A stretch of 43,050 bases of DNA from an uncultured Candidatus Saccharibacteria bacterium (GTDB lineage: Bacteria; Patescibacteriota; Minisyncoccia; Phycocordibacterales; JABMNX01), in assembly GCA_964575755.1 (NCBI GenBank), contig CAZNRH010000001.1, positions 181,347 to 224,396 of the forward strand. The letters run 5' to 3'. Below the pieces are notes generated by a model. The model did not search any database. It was not told where the DNA came from and saw nothing but the letters and a program-made list of their open reading frames with translations. A program made the translations under genes and the position numbers. This document shows, in pieces, positions 41,908-43,050 of this stretch; the stretch's first letter is position 1; every line of letters begins with the position of its first letter.

Positions 41908-42821
41908 TAAGTCTTTTGTGCCCGAACTACACTGTGGATACCGTGCGGTTCGGTTTCTATTGAGATCGAACTGAAATTTCCGCTTAGAACAACTTTTTCC
42001 AATTCACGTGGAGACCTGTAAAGCATTACAGGATCATTACCCCAATCGATAATTTCTTTTAGAAATCCCATTTCAGGATTATGATGAATGTGGCAAGTCA
42101 AGAAATATCCACCTAAAGAAAGAAGTTTTTCAATCTTCTTAAGAAGTAACGCTGCGATACCATCATTAAGATAGTCAAGTAAACCTGCCATCTCAATAAT
42201 ATTAGGACGAAAATCTCCGATGTGTCTACTGAAAAAAAGAACATCTCCAATTTCAGCACGCACGTTCTTGGAAAGCCCTAATTTTGACGCCTTCTCCGAT
42301 GTAAATTTTACAGCACTCTCATCTGCGTCGAGTAAAACTACGGAAAATGGGTATCCTAATTGCTTTAACTTCAAAGCAATCTGAAGTACTCCCTCAGCAG
42401 ACCCTGAAGCAAGAGATAAAATACGAATTTCTTCGCCACTCTTTGCAATCTCAGTCACAACCTTCCATAATTCAGACTTCAAGATCTTCAAGCGGTTTCT
42501 AACCGCTTGAGCATTTCTCATGCCAATCCAAAAGTCATCAATAAAAGTGCTGGGTTTATTACCGTTCTTGTAATTGTAGATAATCTCAAGAGCTTTCCAC
42601 GACGCTGCACCTTTTTTAATAGCCTTGCATGATTTACCAAGACCGTCATATAAAAAAGCGTTTACATCATTAGCGAGTCCGAGTCGCTGTTTGAATTTAA
42701 GCCATAAAACAAGAAACCACATTAGTGGCAGTGCAAGAATGTACAACCATTTTTTTTCTTCATGTAACGGTTCCTCTTCATGCCAATCAGACAGAAGAGA
42801 AGTTTTAGGTAATAAGTCCAC
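41907..42821 (-). CDS. class I SAM-dependent methyltransferase-like protein with an N-terminal TM segment
   Basis: RILSLASGSAEG resembles SAM-binding motif I, and the acidic LLDADES resembles motif II. The start is GTG, 6 nt after AAAGGGG. Confidence 0.55.
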   Translation of the reverse strand: MDLLPKTSLLSDWHEEEPLHEEKKWLYILALPLMWFLVLWLKFKQRLGLANDVNAFLYDGLGKSCKAIKKGAASWKALEIIYNYKNGNKPSTFIDDFWIGMRNAQAVRNRLKILKSELWKVVTEIAKSGEEIRILSLASGSAEGVLQIALKLKQLGYPFSVVLLDADESAVKFTSEKASKLGLSKNVRAEIGDVLFFSRHIGDFRPNIIEMAGLLDYLNDGIAALLLKKIEKLLSLGGYFLTCHIHHNPEMGFLKEIIDWGNDPVMLYRSPRELEKVVLSGNFSSISIETEPHGIHSVVRAQKT

Positions 42822-42914
42822 AATGAACCCCTTTCCATCCAGATGTTAATGTACTATTTGAACAAAATGATATCATTAAAAATGGAATAAGTCAATTTTA
42901 CATATAAAACAAAA

Positions 42915-42947
42915 CAAAAAATACCCCAAGTACCTGTGGCATTTTTT
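42915..42947. terminator. imperfect hairpin ATACCCCA-(6 nt)-TGTGGCAT flanked by A- and T-runs
   Basis: Differs at two positions from the hairpin at 38865-38894 and has the same AGTACC loop. Confidence 0.45.
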
Positions 42948-42968
42948 GTTTCCCTTAAAAGCTGTCTT

Positions 42969-43050
42969 TTACGCCCTACTTTCAACCCTCCAACCTAAAA
43001 CTCCTGAAACACAGGAACAAGTCTCACCTTCACACTGTCTGAGATAGGTC
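42969..43050 (-). CDS. 3' end of an unidentified gene entering from the window edge (...TYLRQCEGETCSCVSGVLGWRVESRA*)
   Basis: The minus-strand frame is open from the window edge to TAA at 42969-42971 and is followed by a terminator hairpin. Confidence 0.3.
   Translation of the reverse strand, partial: TYLRQCEGETCSCVSGVLGWRVESRA

Overview
AT-rich, tightly packed bacterial chromosomal segment. The gene content looks like a reduced-genome, Patescibacteria/CPR-like organism; this is an inference from composition, small genes and many short hypothetical proteins. Standard genetic code: ftsW ends in a TGA that overlaps the murG ATG.

Recognisable genes:
- Five aminoacyl-tRNA synthetases: cysS, gltX, aspS-type, trpS, tyrS.
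- Replication, recombination and segregation: dnaB, recR, rmuC, scpA, scpB.
- Cell envelope and division: ftsW, murG, mraY, an S11 DD-carboxypeptidase, an M23 peptidase, an S41 peptidase and a lytic transglycosylase.
- Ribosomal proteins L21, L9 and L27.
- Others: corA, a P-type ATPase, pepA, a LOG-family protein, a DEDD exonuclease, a Usg-like protein, DUF378, a 7TM sensor kinase and a methyltransferase.
- A surface locus with a 1321-aa tail-fibre-like protein.

No rRNA, tRNA, CRISPR array, transposase or known defence genes were seen.

The most unusual signals are at the nucleic-acid level:
1. A family of ~120-nt elements (five full copies and one truncated). Each is closed by a ~20-bp terminal helix, and its 3' end is exactly the ATG of an unrelated downstream gene. 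Each is flanked by an ATGRA(T) direct repeat. The helices carry compensatory changes and sense-strand-only G.U pairs. Most copies contain a conserved ~18-codon mini-ORF.
2. In-frame 18-nt hairpin modules of the form GATnnnT-CGCA-AnnnATC, encoding D-x-S-Q-x-I. The two x codons are reverse complements of each other. They sit in the tails of L21, ScpB and the DD-carboxypeptidase, and each module ends at an ATG.
3. Many genes have a -10 box 6-11 nt from the ATG and no Shine-Dalgarno sequence, which looks like leaderless mRNA.

There are also signs of gene decay: a hydrolase pseudogene, a GNAT remnant and a TAG at codon 3 of a small membrane-protein gene.
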